A stretch of 58,284 nucleotides of DNA from an uncultured delta proteobacterium (GCA_963772835.1 CAVYYZ010000023.1:1-58284), one strand, 5' to 3'. Shown: positions 37,536 to 47,825, numbered from the stretch's first letter. Made by a program: numbers and translations. The notes: generated by a model from the letters alone, not told the origin.

Positions 37536-37969
37536 CCATGCTGAAGGGGTTTGAACCGAAAATAATAGGATTTCTCTGCAACTGGTGCTCCTATGCCGGT
37601 GCCGACAAAGCGGGCGGAATGCAGGAACTGTATCCCCCCAATGTCCAGGTCATCCGGGTCATGTGCAGCGGCAGGGTCGATCCACAATTTGTTCTGTCGG
37701 CACTTGTAAAAGGCGCAGATGGTGTTATCATTCTGGCTTGTCACCCCGGAGACTGCCATTATAAGGAAGGTAACTGCCGCGCCCTGCAGCGCCACAGCAT
37801 GTTGAGTCTGATGCTGGTGCAGCTGGGGGTTGAAAAAGAGCGCTGCCGGCTTGATTATGTTTCAGCGGGAGAAGGGGAAAAGTTTAAAAGAGTCATCTGT
37901 GAGATAGTTGAGGCTGTCAGGATTCTGGGCCCTTTCCGGCGTCCTCAGGAAGAAGCGGAGCTGCATTAA
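37532..37969 (+). CDS. mvhD: MvhD-type [2Fe-2S] subunit
   Basis: FLCNWCSYAGAD, RVMCSGRVDP and CHPGDCHY..GN. Confidence 0.95.
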   Translation: MTMLKGFEPKIIGFLCNWCSYAGADKAGGMQELYPPNVQVIRVMCSGRVDPQFVLSALVKGADGVIILACHPGDCHYKEGNCRALQRHSMLSLMLVQLGVEKERCRLDYVSAGEGEKFKRVICEIVEAVRILGPFRRPQEEAELH

Positions 37970-38029
37970 GTCGGTAACGTATAATAAACGTAACTATTCT
38001 ATCCAGGTACCAGCAACAGGGAGACAAAT

Positions 38030-38251
38030 ATGGCTGTATTACAACTCGATGCACGAGGGCTTAAGTGCCCCCAGCCGACACTCAAAATCACCGTCATGTC
38101 GGTCAGGATGAAGCCGGGCGATGTACTTGAAGTCGTCGCAGACTGCCCCACATTTGAACTGGATGTTCGCGCCTGGTGCTCCCGGACCCAAAAGACGCTC
38201 CTGTGGGTCAGGGATGAGGGGACGGCAAAGAAAGTGCAGATTCAGTTTTGA
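38030..38251 (+). CDS. tusA: TusA/SirA-family sulfur carrier protein
   Basis: LDARGLKCPQP..GDVLEV.AD. Confidence 0.9.
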   Translation: MAVLQLDARGLKCPQPTLKITVMSVRMKPGDVLEVVADCPTFELDVRAWCSRTQKTLLWVRDEGTAKKVQIQF

Positions 38252-38386
38252 CCTCTCTGAAGTATCTCTGCTCGTAACGGGAGGTAATCTCCGGCGCAAT
38301 GCGCTCGCTCTCACATAACGATAGTGCGGCCGGATTTCAGTCATCGTCGTTTTCAATTGCGGGACTTGTACAGAGCGTTTGGAGTC

Positions 38387-40051
38387 TCAGTTTTTTTCGC
38401 TCGACGCCAGCATCTCGGCGGCGTGTTTCAGCGCTGAATCGGTTACTGAGGTGCCGGCCAGCATGCGGGCTACCTCGCGGGTGCGTTCATCTCTGTTGAG
38501 TTCGAGGATGCGGGTGGTTGTTCTGCCGTCACTAACCAGCTTCTCTACCCTCAGCTGCTGATCGGCAAAGACCGCCACTTGCGGCAGATGGGTGATGCAG
38601 AGTACCTGCTGACAGACAGCAACGTTTTTTAATTTTCTTCCGACCAGTTCGGATGTCGCCCCGCCGATGCCCGTATCAACCTCGTCGAACACCAGCGTCG
38701 GAACGTCGCTGTCAGGCAGCACCTGCTTGATAGCGAGCATCAGTCGGGACAGTTCACCTCCTGAAGCGATCCTGCCGAGTGGCCGCGGAATTTCCCCCGG
38801 ATTCGGGGAAAAGAGGAACTCAACTTTTTCGAATCCGTTTGAGCGGGGTTCGGGCAGCTGTTCCAATGCCGGCTCGATGATTGCCCCCTTCATAGCAAGC
38901 TGGTGCGCTTCATTTTCCAGAGCGTGTTTAAGTTTCGTAGCAGCGGTAACTCGCGATGCCGTAAGTTCGTCTCCCACCAGTTTCAGCTGCTCCCTCAGAC
39001 CGTTCTGCTCCACTTCCAGGGCGTGTCTGCTCTGCACCCTGCCGTGCAGTTGCTCCAGTTCAGAGTCGATTTCCCCCTTGTAGACAAGAATTTCTTCCAC
39101 GGTCGGAGCATATTTCTTTTTCAGCCTGCCGAGCTGGTCGAGGCGGTCGTCAATCTGCTGCAGCGCAGCTGGATCGGATTCTATACGGGAAGCATAGTCC
39201 CGCAGGGTTATGGCGGCATCCTCCAACTGCAGATAGGATTCTTCAATCGAAGCGGCCGTAATCAGCAGAGAGTGGTCAATGGATGATAATTCAGTAATCG
39301 AACCGGAAATGCGTTTGAGCTGTCCCAACAGAGCCCCGTCATCTCCATAGAGTCGATCGAAGGCTTCGTTACTGACACATCCGAGTTTTTCAGCACTTGC
39401 CAGAAGCTGTCGCTGCTCTACAAGCTGTTCTTCCTCACCCGGTTTGAGCGCCGCTTGTGTTATCTCTTCAGATTGATACAGCAACAGGTCAAGACGCCGT
39501 TCAGCCTCGCGTTCGGCCCGCTCCAGTCCTGCAAGCTGTTCCCGTACTGTTGCCAGCCGGCTGAACAGGCCGGTGAATCGTTGCCGTAATTCCCCGATGC
39601 CGGCAAACTTGTCCAGCAGTTGCAGATGGTTTTCCGGTTTAAGCAGGGTTTGGGAATCGTGCTGGCCGTAGATATTGATCAGCCGAGGAGCAATATCTGA
39701 CAATAGCGCCAATGTAGCCATGTTACCGTTGATAAATATCTTATTCTTACCGGAACGGGAAAGTGACCGTTTAATCAGCAGCTCTTCTTCGCAGTCAAAT
39801 CCGGCCTCCGACAGCTGCTGTTTTATTTCCGGCAGGGTAGAAATGTCGAACAGCGCTTCGACGACCGCCTCCTCCTCACCGGAGCGGATCAGGTCGCTGG
39901 AGGCACGACTGCCCATGATCAGTCCGACCGCATCAATGATAATCGACTTGCCGGCGCCGGTCTCGCCGGTCAATACGGTCAAACCCTTCTTGAATGAGAT
40001 CTGCAGAGTGTCGATAATGGCTACATTTCTGATGGTAAGATCGGTTAGCAT
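38387..40051 (-). CDS. recN: DNA repair protein RecN
   Basis: LTGETGAGKS, ASGGELSR, FDEVDTGIGG and ITHLPQVA. Confidence 0.97.
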   Translation of the reverse strand: MLTDLTIRNVAIIDTLQISFKKGLTVLTGETGAGKSIIIDAVGLIMGSRASSDLIRSGEEEAVVEALFDISTLPEIKQQLSEAGFDCEEELLIKRSLSRSGKNKIFINGNMATLALLSDIAPRLINIYGQHDSQTLLKPENHLQLLDKFAGIGELRQRFTGLFSRLATVREQLAGLERAEREAERRLDLLLYQSEEITQAALKPGEEEQLVEQRQLLASAEKLGCVSNEAFDRLYGDDGALLGQLKRISGSITELSSIDHSLLITAASIEESYLQLEDAAITLRDYASRIESDPAALQQIDDRLDQLGRLKKKYAPTVEEILVYKGEIDSELEQLHGRVQSRHALEVEQNGLREQLKLVGDELTASRVTAATKLKHALENEAHQLAMKGAIIEPALEQLPEPRSNGFEKVEFLFSPNPGEIPRPLGRIASGGELSRLMLAIKQVLPDSDVPTLVFDEVDTGIGGATSELVGRKLKNVAVCQQVLCITHLPQVAVFADQQLRVEKLVSDGRTTTRILELNRDERTREVARMLAGTSVTDSALKHAAEMLASSEKN

Positions 40052-40057
40052 ACGGCG

Positions 40058-40930
40058 TCAGCGTTCTCCCCATTTTAATTTTGTACGCAGAATCTCGAAA
40101 TAATCGCGGCTGCGAGACATAACGAGTGACGTTGTCTTCAGCGCCTTGCGAACCTCGACCGAATCACCTTCGCGCAGCTCGAAACCTACCTGGCCGTCCA
40201 GTGTCAGGTACACTTTTTCATCAAAGGAGGAGGTTACGGTAATCGAGATTATCGACTCATCTGTGACGACAATAGGGCGATTGGTCAGTGTGTGCGGACA
40301 GATCGGGGTGATTACGATACAGCTCATCAACGGGTGGATGATCGGGCCTCCGGCGGAGAGGGAATAGCCGGTGGAGCCGGTCGGAGTTGAAACGATCAAC
40401 CCGTCGGACTTGTAGGTGGTCAGAAAATGGCGGTTGACCCTGGTTTCAAGGTCGACGATTCTGGCAAGCGCCCCCTTGTTGATGACCATGTCATTCAGTA
40501 CGTGGAATTTCTCTATTTCCTGACCTTCCCGGTGGAGAGTTACATCCAGCATCATTCGTTCCGAGACGCGCGGGTTACCCTCAAGGCACTTTTCAAGGCG
40601 CGGATAAAGTTCTTCTACAGTGATTTCAGTCAGAAAGCCGAGGCTCCCGAGGTTGACCCCAACGATCGGCACGTCTGTGCCGCTGAAAAGACGCGCAACC
40701 GAGATAAGCGTTCCGTCCCCGCCAAGCACCACCACCAGCTCGGCCTGGTCACTGATTTCTTCAATCGTCAGGGTCAGGGCTTTTGAATAGCCGAGCTCGC
40801 GAGCCAGCTGCTCCTCAACCATGGGGGTGCAGCTGTGCTCCTCCAGCCAGGTAATCAGGTCACCGGCGACACCCAGGCAGCGGGGATCATGGACTTTGGC
40901 GAATATGGCGACGTTCTGGATCTGCTGCAT
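40058..40930 (-). CDS. nadK: NAD(+) kinase
   Basis: GGDGT, GSLGFL, LND and DGLIVSTPTGSTGYSLSAGG. Confidence 0.97.
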   Translation of the reverse strand: MQQIQNVAIFAKVHDPRCLGVAGDLITWLEEHSCTPMVEEQLARELGYSKALTLTIEEISDQAELVVVLGGDGTLISVARLFSGTDVPIVGVNLGSLGFLTEITVEELYPRLEKCLEGNPRVSERMMLDVTLHREGQEIEKFHVLNDMVINKGALARIVDLETRVNRHFLTTYKSDGLIVSTPTGSTGYSLSAGGPIIHPLMSCIVITPICPHTLTNRPIVVTDESIISITVTSSFDEKVYLTLDGQVGFELREGDSVEVRKALKTTSLVMSRSRDYFEILRTKLKWGER

Positions 40931-40937
40931 AGTTCAC

Positions 40938-43598
40938 CTATAGAAGCTTTCTGATCTTGTCCAGACTCTCTTCAAGCACACATTTTTTGCTGTTTACATC
41001 GGCCAGTTTCTGGCGCTCTTTGGCGACAATTTCGGCCGGAGCTCGATCCACAAATGCGGGACTCTCCAGCTTTTTGGAGAACATCTCGATCTCTTTGTCG
41101 ATTTTGCCGATTTCCTTCAAAAGTCGCTCCTCTTCAGCGGCCACATCCACCAGTCCCTTGAGCGGCACATAAATCTGTACGTCCCCTGCCACCTGAATCG
41201 AGGCGTCTTCGGGCTTTTCGATGTCAAAGCCGATTGCAAGGTCGGAAACCCTGGCCATGCTGATAATCGCACTTTCGTTGTGCTTCATCAGTTCCCTTGT
41301 GGCTTCGCTGTTGCATGAGAGGATGACGGCGATCTGTTTCGACGGGGGAACATCCATCTCGCCGCGGATGTTACGAATGCCGCCGATAACCGCCATGATC
41401 CGTTCCATGTCGGCTGCGTCCTGAGGGAAGGATCTCTCATCACAGGCTTCAGGGTAGGGGGCCTGCATGATTGTCGGGGTGGCTTTGGCCCCCGGCAGCG
41501 CCTGCCAGATCTCTTCGGTGATGAACGGCATGAACGGGTGCAGCAGGCGGAGCAGATTCTCCAGCGTGTACCAGAGAACATACTGGACGGCCTGTTTCCG
41601 CTCCGGAGTGCCGTTGTAGATGTCCTGTTTCGAAAGTTCCAGATACCAGTCGCAGAATTCGCTCCAGGTGAACTGGTAGAGAGCCATGGCGCTTTCGTTG
41701 TAGCGGTATCCGGCCAGGGTTTCATCGACAATGCGGGCGGTTTCGTTCAAACGGTGCAGTATCCACTTGTCACCCTGACTCAGTTCCATACTGTCGAGAG
41801 TGAGCCCGTCAGGATCGAATCCTTCGAGGTTCATGAGGGTGAAGCGGGACGCATTCCATACCTTGTTGCAGAAGTTACGATATCCGGCGATGCGCTCTTC
41901 GGCCAGTTTGATGTCACGTCCCTGAGCGGCAAAGGCGGCCAGGGTAAAGCGGAAAGCATCGGTGCCGTACTGATCGATGACCGTCAGCGGGTCGATAACG
42001 TTCCCTTTGGATTTTGACATCTTGTGCCCCTGGGCGTCGCGCACCAGAGCGTGGATGTAGACGTCGGTGAAGGGGACTTCATCCATGAAGTGCAGCCCCA
42101 TCATCATCATGCGGGCCACCCAGAAAAAGAGAATGTCAAATCCGGTCACCAGGCAGGAGGTCGGGTAGAATGTCTTTAACTCGGCGGTCTGGTCGGGCCA
42201 TCCCATGGTCGAAAAGGGCCAGAGAGCCGACGAGAACCAGGTATCCAGCACGTCGGTCTCCTGGCGTAGTTCATCGCTGCCGCATGTGGAACATCTGGAT
42301 GGTGTTTCCATGGAGACGGTGACGCCGTCACAATGTTCACAGAACCAGGCCGGGATGCGGTGCCCCCACCAGATCTGACGTGAGATGCACCAGTCACGGA
42401 TATTTTCCATCCAGTCGTAGTACGTGTTTTCCCATTGTTTGGGGAGGATGCGGGTTTTGCCGCTTTTCACGGCATCCAGTGCCCGTTCGGCCAGTGGAGC
42501 AACTTTAACGTACCACTGCAGGGACAGATACGGTTCGACCACAGTCTTGCAGCGATAGCAGCCCCCCACCGACATCGCGTGGTCGTCGACTTTTTCCAGG
42601 AGGCCGGCGGCCTCCAGTTCGGCCACAATGCGGGTGCGGGCGGCAAAGCGGTCCATTCCTTCGTACTGATGGCCGGCGGCGTTGATGATGCCGGATTCGT
42701 CCAGTACGTTTATTTTATCAAGGCCGTGGCGCAGGCCGACTTCAAAGTCGTTGAAATCATGGGCCGGCGTGATTTTTACCACACCGGTACCGAACTCACG
42801 ATCCACATAATCATCGGCAACAACGGGGATTTCGCGGCCAAGAAGCGGCAGGAGAACTTTTTGACCCACAAGGTCGCTATAGCGTTCGTCATCAGGGTGT
42901 ACCGCCACGGCGGTATCACCCAGCATGGTCTCCGGGCGGGTCGTCGCGACGACCACAAAGCGTCCCGCCTGGCCGACTACAGGGTAACGGATGTGCCAGA
43001 GATGCCCTTTGTGATCTTCATGTTCAACTTCAATGTCGGAAAGGGCGGTATGGCAGCGCGGACACCAGTTGATAAGGCGGTTGTCTCGGTAGATCAGCCC
43101 ATCTTCGTACAGCTTAACAAAAACGGTCCGCACGGCTATGGAAAGCCCCTCATCCATGGTGAATCGCTCGCGTTCCCAGTCGCATGAAGCGCCCAGACGC
43201 TTCAGCTGGCCGATGATCTGACCGCCGGACTCGGCTTTCCATTTCCAGACCCGCTCGATGAAGGCTTCACGCCCCAGATCATGTCGATCCTTCCCTTCGG
43301 CGGTCAGCTGCCGTTCGACCACGTTCTGGGTGGCGATGCCCGCATGGTCGGTGCCCGGCATCCAGAGAACGTTATATCCCTGCATCCGTTTCCAGCGGCA
43401 GAGAATGTCCTGCAACGTGTTGTTGAGGGCGTGCCCCATGTGCAGGGCGCCGGTTACGTTGGGAGGTGGGATTACTATGGAGTACGGTTTTTTATCGGAG
43501 GTGGCTGCAGCGCGGAAATACCCTTTTGTTTCCCATTCGGAGTACCATCTTTTCTCAACGTCATGGGGTTCGTACCCCTTGGCAAGCTCTTTGGTCAT
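40938..43598 (-). CDS. valS: Valine--tRNA ligase
   Basis: PPPNVTGALHMGH, DWCISRQIWWGH, KMSKS and a C-terminal coiled coil. Confidence 0.98.
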   Translation of the reverse strand: MTKELAKGYEPHDVEKRWYSEWETKGYFRAAATSDKKPYSIVIPPPNVTGALHMGHALNNTLQDILCRWKRMQGYNVLWMPGTDHAGIATQNVVERQLTAEGKDRHDLGREAFIERVWKWKAESGGQIIGQLKRLGASCDWERERFTMDEGLSIAVRTVFVKLYEDGLIYRDNRLINWCPRCHTALSDIEVEHEDHKGHLWHIRYPVVGQAGRFVVVATTRPETMLGDTAVAVHPDDERYSDLVGQKVLLPLLGREIPVVADDYVDREFGTGVVKITPAHDFNDFEVGLRHGLDKINVLDESGIINAAGHQYEGMDRFAARTRIVAELEAAGLLEKVDDHAMSVGGCYRCKTVVEPYLSLQWYVKVAPLAERALDAVKSGKTRILPKQWENTYYDWMENIRDWCISRQIWWGHRIPAWFCEHCDGVTVSMETPSRCSTCGSDELRQETDVLDTWFSSALWPFSTMGWPDQTAELKTFYPTSCLVTGFDILFFWVARMMMMGLHFMDEVPFTDVYIHALVRDAQGHKMSKSKGNVIDPLTVIDQYGTDAFRFTLAAFAAQGRDIKLAEERIAGYRNFCNKVWNASRFTLMNLEGFDPDGLTLDSMELSQGDKWILHRLNETARIVDETLAGYRYNESAMALYQFTWSEFCDWYLELSKQDIYNGTPERKQAVQYVLWYTLENLLRLLHPFMPFITEEIWQALPGAKATPTIMQAPYPEACDERSFPQDAADMERIMAVIGGIRNIRGEMDVPPSKQIAVILSCNSEATRELMKHNESAIISMARVSDLAIGFDIEKPEDASIQVAGDVQIYVPLKGLVDVAAEEERLLKEIGKIDKEIEMFSKKLESPAFVDRAPAEIVAKERQKLADVNSKKCVLEESLDKIRKLL

Positions 43599-43790
43599 GC
43601 AATAGTCCTTTATCTGATTTTCTGAGCGTAATCATATACTACTGTTGGCCGATTCAGGTCAAGTGCGGTCTTGGGAAACACTTCATGACCCCGGGTTTTG
43701 CAGAAGGAGTGGATAGTTCTTTAAGGAATATGTTGTAATGATAATTATAATTGACAAAAAAAGGGTTTTATGTAAATAAATAGAATCATT

Positions 43791-44126
43791 ATGGCAAAGA
43801 GAGTTACGTTATATCCGGCTTCGGCAAAGGAGATGGAAACGTTGGGACAACGTTTCAAGGATGCGCGGCTTCGCCGCCGTTTTTCCATGGAGATGGTTTG
43901 TGCCAGGGCTGATATTTCGCGACCGACGCTTTACAAGGTTGAAAATGGTGATCCCTCGGTCGCATTTGGGATCTATATCCAGGTGCTGCGCGTGTTGGGA
44001 CTGGTAGAAGATGTGTCGCTGATAGCCAAGGAAGACGCGCTTGGGCGGCGTTTGCAGGATGAGTCTCTTCCGCAGCGGAAAAGGGCCCCACGCAGAAGGC
44101 CGCAGGCTGGAGATGGCAATGGCTAA
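43791..44126 (+). CDS. XRE-family HTH antitoxin (HipB-like)
   Basis: LGQRFKDARLRR..ADISRPTLYKVENG; overlaps hipA. Confidence 0.85.
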   Translation: MAKRVTLYPASAKEMETLGQRFKDARLRRRFSMEMVCARADISRPTLYKVENGDPSVAFGIYIQVLRVLGLVEDVSLIAKEDALGRRLQDESLPQRKRAPRRRPQAGDGNG

Positions 44127-45375
44127 AGCAAAATCTGAACAGATATGGGTCTGGCTTGATGATTCTGCATTTGGTCCCATTCAGCAGATAGGCACGTTAT
44201 CCCGTGGAGATCGAGGCAGCGTTCGTTTTGCCTACGACGCAAGCTGGCTCAAGCATGCCCACGCCTTCCCGCTTGATCCGGAGCTTGATCTGACTGCCGG
44301 TGAATTCTTTCCGGGCGATTCGAATTTCGGCGTGTTCATGGATTCGTGTCCTGATCGCTGGGGTCAGGTACTGATGAAACGAAGAGAGGCGGTTGAAGCC
44401 AGGGAAGAGGGGCGCACCCCGAGGACTCTCGGCCCATGGGATTTTCTGCTGGGGGTGCAGGATTGTACCCGCATGGGTGCTTTGCGCTTTAGTCGGCCAG
44501 GTGAAGAAATATTTCTGGCGGATGAGGCGTTGTCCGCTCCGCCGGTTGCCCGGATTGCAGAACTGCAGGCGGTGGCATTTGAGCTGACCAGGAAAAATCA
44601 GGATAATCTCGATCAAATAAAGGAATGGCTGAAAGTTCTGGTCGCTCCGGGGTCGTCACTGGGCGGCGCACGCCCCAAGGCAAATCTGGTTGATGAAGAC
44701 GGTGCGCTCTGGATTGCCAAATTCCCTTCCGCTGATGATGACTATGATGTTGCTGTCTGGGAGAAGCTGATACATGAACTTGCACAGCGGTGTGGTCTCA
44801 GGGTGCCTGAATCCCGGCTTTTGCAGATAGGCAAAGGGTATCACACGTTTCTGGTGAAGCGGTTTGACCGCCCCGGCAGCAAGCGGCTGTTTTTTGCCTC
44901 AGCCATGACTATGCTTGGGCATATAGACAGTGAAGACGCCAGTTATATTGAGTTAGCGGAATTTATCGCCTCGTACGGCGAAGCGGATTATATCGCTCGT
45001 GACCTCGAAGAACTTTTTACCAGGGTCGTTTTCAATGTTGCTACGGCCAACCGGGATGATCATTTACGGAATCACGGTTTTATCCGGTCTCCTGACGGAT
45101 GGCGTCTGGCTCCGGCTTTTGATATGAATCCTTCGTTCAAAAAAGATGAGCACGTCCTGTCGCTGGATCTCTATAATCGTCAGCCTGATCTGAATGTTGT
45201 GCTTTCAACTGCGGAGTATTACCGGTTGGAAAATAGTCGTGCCCAACAAATCGTCACTGACGTGTGCATGGTAGTGGGGGATTGGAAGGCTCATGCCAGG
45301 AAACTTGGTTTAAATGCACGGGAATGTTCAGACGCGGTCCATTTGTTTCTTACACTGGCATCGCAGAACGCATGA
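44119..45375 (+). CDS. hipA: HipA-family kinase toxin
   Basis: PDRWG, SLGGARPKA, IAKFP, RFDR, NRDDHLRNH and LAPAFD. Confidence 0.93.
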   Translation: MAKAKSEQIWVWLDDSAFGPIQQIGTLSRGDRGSVRFAYDASWLKHAHAFPLDPELDLTAGEFFPGDSNFGVFMDSCPDRWGQVLMKRREAVEAREEGRTPRTLGPWDFLLGVQDCTRMGALRFSRPGEEIFLADEALSAPPVARIAELQAVAFELTRKNQDNLDQIKEWLKVLVAPGSSLGGARPKANLVDEDGALWIAKFPSADDDYDVAVWEKLIHELAQRCGLRVPESRLLQIGKGYHTFLVKRFDRPGSKRLFFASAMTMLGHIDSEDASYIELAEFIASYGEADYIARDLEELFTRVVFNVATANRDDHLRNHGFIRSPDGWRLAPAFDMNPSFKKDEHVLSLDLYNRQPDLNVVLSTAEYYRLENSRAQQIVTDVCMVVGDWKAHARKLGLNARECSDAVHLFLTLASQNA

Positions 45376-45547
45376 GTTTAATACCTTTCTCCCAGAATTC
45401 CGCCCTTATAACAATTTATACATGTTTATACTTGAAATGAGATATAAACGGTTATAATTGCACTTTTATATACAGATGCAGCAGCGCCAGTCAGTTGCCG
45501 TTAGTGTATCTGGGACCGGTCCGGTGATTCGTCTGGGTTTGGCTGGC

Positions 45548-45625
45548 GAATCGCTGGTATCACAATTTGTGATACCGTCAAAAAAGCAATTGGGTGGAGC
45601 CAAGCCTTTTGTTTTTACCGAAAGA
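45548..45625 (+). pseudogene. ORF6N-domain (phage-associated DNA-binding) gene remnant
   Basis: ESLVSQFVIPSKKQLGGAKPFVFTE resembles the ORF6N core LxSQxVIPS..GG..P.AFTE. The flanks are unrelated. Confidence 0.55.
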
Positions 45626-45772
45626 CATGGGCAAAAAATGGTTCGCGTTTTCAAAAATGGATGTTAGAGCGATTGAAATGTTGCAACGGGTGAAGATAGA
45701 TAGATGTCATTAATAGACGTTGTAATCGTAGTGATGCAAAATTTCAGTACGACTTAAATCGAGGATATATTT

Positions 45773-46201
45773 ATGAAAAATATTGTTAAATTGATCTTAT
45801 TGGCGATTGTATTAGCAAAACTAATTTCAGTACAAAGCGTACATGCCAGCGACAAAATCAAAATTATCAATGAGCCTTTACAGAAAATTGACGGTGCCTA
45901 TCGTATTTATAGGACAGATAATACGTGGAATCAATTGCTGCTTGATACTAGAAATGGAATTATGTGGCAAATAGCGTATGGCATTGAAGAACAAGCCACT
46001 AGAGCGAGAATTCCCATAAACGAAAAACCCCTTGCGAATGGCAAGAATGCGTTTGTAGGTCGGTTCACTTTATATCCTACTGATAATATATGGACATTCT
46101 TGCTGCTTGACCAAGTTGATGGTCGGGTGTGGCAATGTCAATTTGGAACTGAAGCCGGTAGACAGATGATATTAGCCCTTGAGGATCTGAAAACAAAATA
46201 A
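45773..46201 (+). CDS. Exported hypothetical protein with an internal duplication
   Basis: Signal peptide; YRTDNTWNQLLLDTRNGIMWQ and YPTDNIWTFLLLDQVDGRVWQ. Confidence 0.8.
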   Translation: MKNIVKLILLAIVLAKLISVQSVHASDKIKIINEPLQKIDGAYRIYRTDNTWNQLLLDTRNGIMWQIAYGIEEQATRARIPINEKPLANGKNAFVGRFTLYPTDNIWTFLLLDQVDGRVWQCQFGTEAGRQMILALEDLKTK

Positions 46202-46279
46202 CTTACATATATTGAGAGGTATGTATTTTTTTAATGGAAATACGGCGCGTCAACCAAACTCAGCATTGGGGAACCCTCT

Positions 46280-47059
46280 ATGTCCTCTCACGTTGAACAC
46301 CGGAAAATGAAAGGAAATCGCGTGGCTCTTATCACAATAGCCCCCTTCAATTATTCAGCATTTGTAAATAAGACAGAGAATTCTATTCTGGGCATAATTG
46401 ATCATTTTAACAATAAAGAACCCGAATTCTGGTTGAATACTTTCAGGAAATACAACTTTCGAAAGCAGGACTATCAAGCGGGTGAAAACATCAGACTAGA
46501 ATTTAATAATGCCCTATCTTCTTGTTCTGGAGATGAAGAATTGTATACCGTTGCCAACAGAATACTCGAATGGGGAGGTATGCAACCTCTAAACGACGCC
46601 ATGAAACTGGAACTTATGCCAAGTCTCTCGTTGCTAAGAAAGCTTGCAAACGAGGAACTTGTTGATTTCAATAAAATATGCGTTGAAAGACTGGCATCAA
46701 TTACAAAGATATATGAAATGTCTGACTTGGACAATTGGGTCATTTACGACTCTTACTGTGCGAGGGGGTTGCAATGGCTAATTTCTGAATATTGGAAGGC
46801 ATCTGGCTCTAACAAAAACGAGGAACTGCTCAAGTTGCCTTGGCCTCCTGGAAAAGCAAAATTAAATCGCCCAATAGCTGGGTTTCCCCGAATGGGTGAC
46901 AAACCGCCGCTTCAGAAGCGATTGGCATTTATATACGGATCTTGGCTGTGCAAGGCGATCGCTGAACGTTTAGCCAACAATTGCAAAAACGATTTTCACT
47001 GGCGGCCTTACCATGTTGAAATGTTAGCCTTTCGGATCGGACATAGATACGATTTATGA
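46280..47059 (+). CDS. Hypothetical protein, possibly HhH/OGG-fold DNA glycosylase-like
   Basis: ILEWGG, ASITKI, IYDS..ARGL and VEMLAF motifs recall OGG-like families. Confidence 0.5.
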   Translation: MSSHVEHRKMKGNRVALITIAPFNYSAFVNKTENSILGIIDHFNNKEPEFWLNTFRKYNFRKQDYQAGENIRLEFNNALSSCSGDEELYTVANRILEWGGMQPLNDAMKLELMPSLSLLRKLANEELVDFNKICVERLASITKIYEMSDLDNWVIYDSYCARGLQWLISEYWKASGSNKNEELLKLPWPPGKAKLNRPIAGFPRMGDKPPLQKRLAFIYGSWLCKAIAERLANNCKNDFHWRPYHVEMLAFRIGHRYDL

Positions 47060-47793
47060 GATACGCCATTGCAGATATTCATGGATGCAGCAAAACGTTT
47101 GAAACGTTGCTGCTACGAGCAAACCTCAATAAGAGTGACACGCTATATCTACTTGGAGATTATGTGGATCGTGGTCCTGATAGCTGTGGTGTTTTGACTC
47201 TGGTAATGGGTTTGATGGAATCAGGATATGATGTCCGACCACTCAGAGGAAATCATGAAGAAATGATGCTATCTACATACAAACAGGATCATTGTTCTGG
47301 ATCGGAATGGTGGACAGATAGTTGGCTCAGTGAATGGGGTGTAGAGGTAATTAAATCATTTAGTGTAAGGGATTTAACTGATATTCCGGATAAATACTGG
47401 AATTTTTTAGATTCATTGCCGCTTGTTGAAGAAATCTCAGACTATATTTTTGTTCACGCAAGTCTTGATGCGACCAAAAGTGATCCTGTGCGGGAAACAG
47501 GCCGACACTCAATGCTCTGGGACAATTCCTGGCATAGAGGCGGTGTCAAAGGCAAAATTTTAGTTTCAGGTCATGTTGTTAGTCCACTACATAAAATCCA
47601 TGCATCAATTCAAACTGGTCACATACTGCTGGATAATGGGTGCTGTTTGCCATATGAGAACGGTCTTGGGAATCTGGTTATGCTGAACCTTGATACAAAG
47701 GAAACAATTATTCAGGCACTTGTAGATGAGTTGTATATTTCCAGGATGGATGTTTCCGTACCTCCACAAAGAATAACCATTTCAAAATGCTGA
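47056..47793 (+). CDS. Metallophosphoesterase (PrpA/ApaH-like Ser/Thr phosphatase)
   Basis: ADIHG, GDYVDRG, GNHE, FVHA, SGH and LDNGC. ATGA overlap. Confidence 0.92.
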   Translation: MRYAIADIHGCSKTFETLLLRANLNKSDTLYLLGDYVDRGPDSCGVLTLVMGLMESGYDVRPLRGNHEEMMLSTYKQDHCSGSEWWTDSWLSEWGVEVIKSFSVRDLTDIPDKYWNFLDSLPLVEEISDYIFVHASLDATKSDPVRETGRHSMLWDNSWHRGGVKGKILVSGHVVSPLHKIHASIQTGHILLDNGCCLPYENGLGNLVMLNLDTKETIIQALVDELYISRMDVSVPPQRITISKC

Positions 47794-47825
47794 GTAGATG
47801 GACTCAATTGGTTTCAGGAGGTTAT

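Noticed and set aside
32583..37969. Selenocysteine recoding in Mvh/Hdr subunits
   Set aside because: All expected positions are Cys codons and the ORFs are uninterrupted.
43751..43786. Sigma70 promoter for hipBA (TTGACA at 43751)
   Set aside because: No good -10 at 16-18 nt spacing (TAGAAT is 24 nt away), so it is not called.
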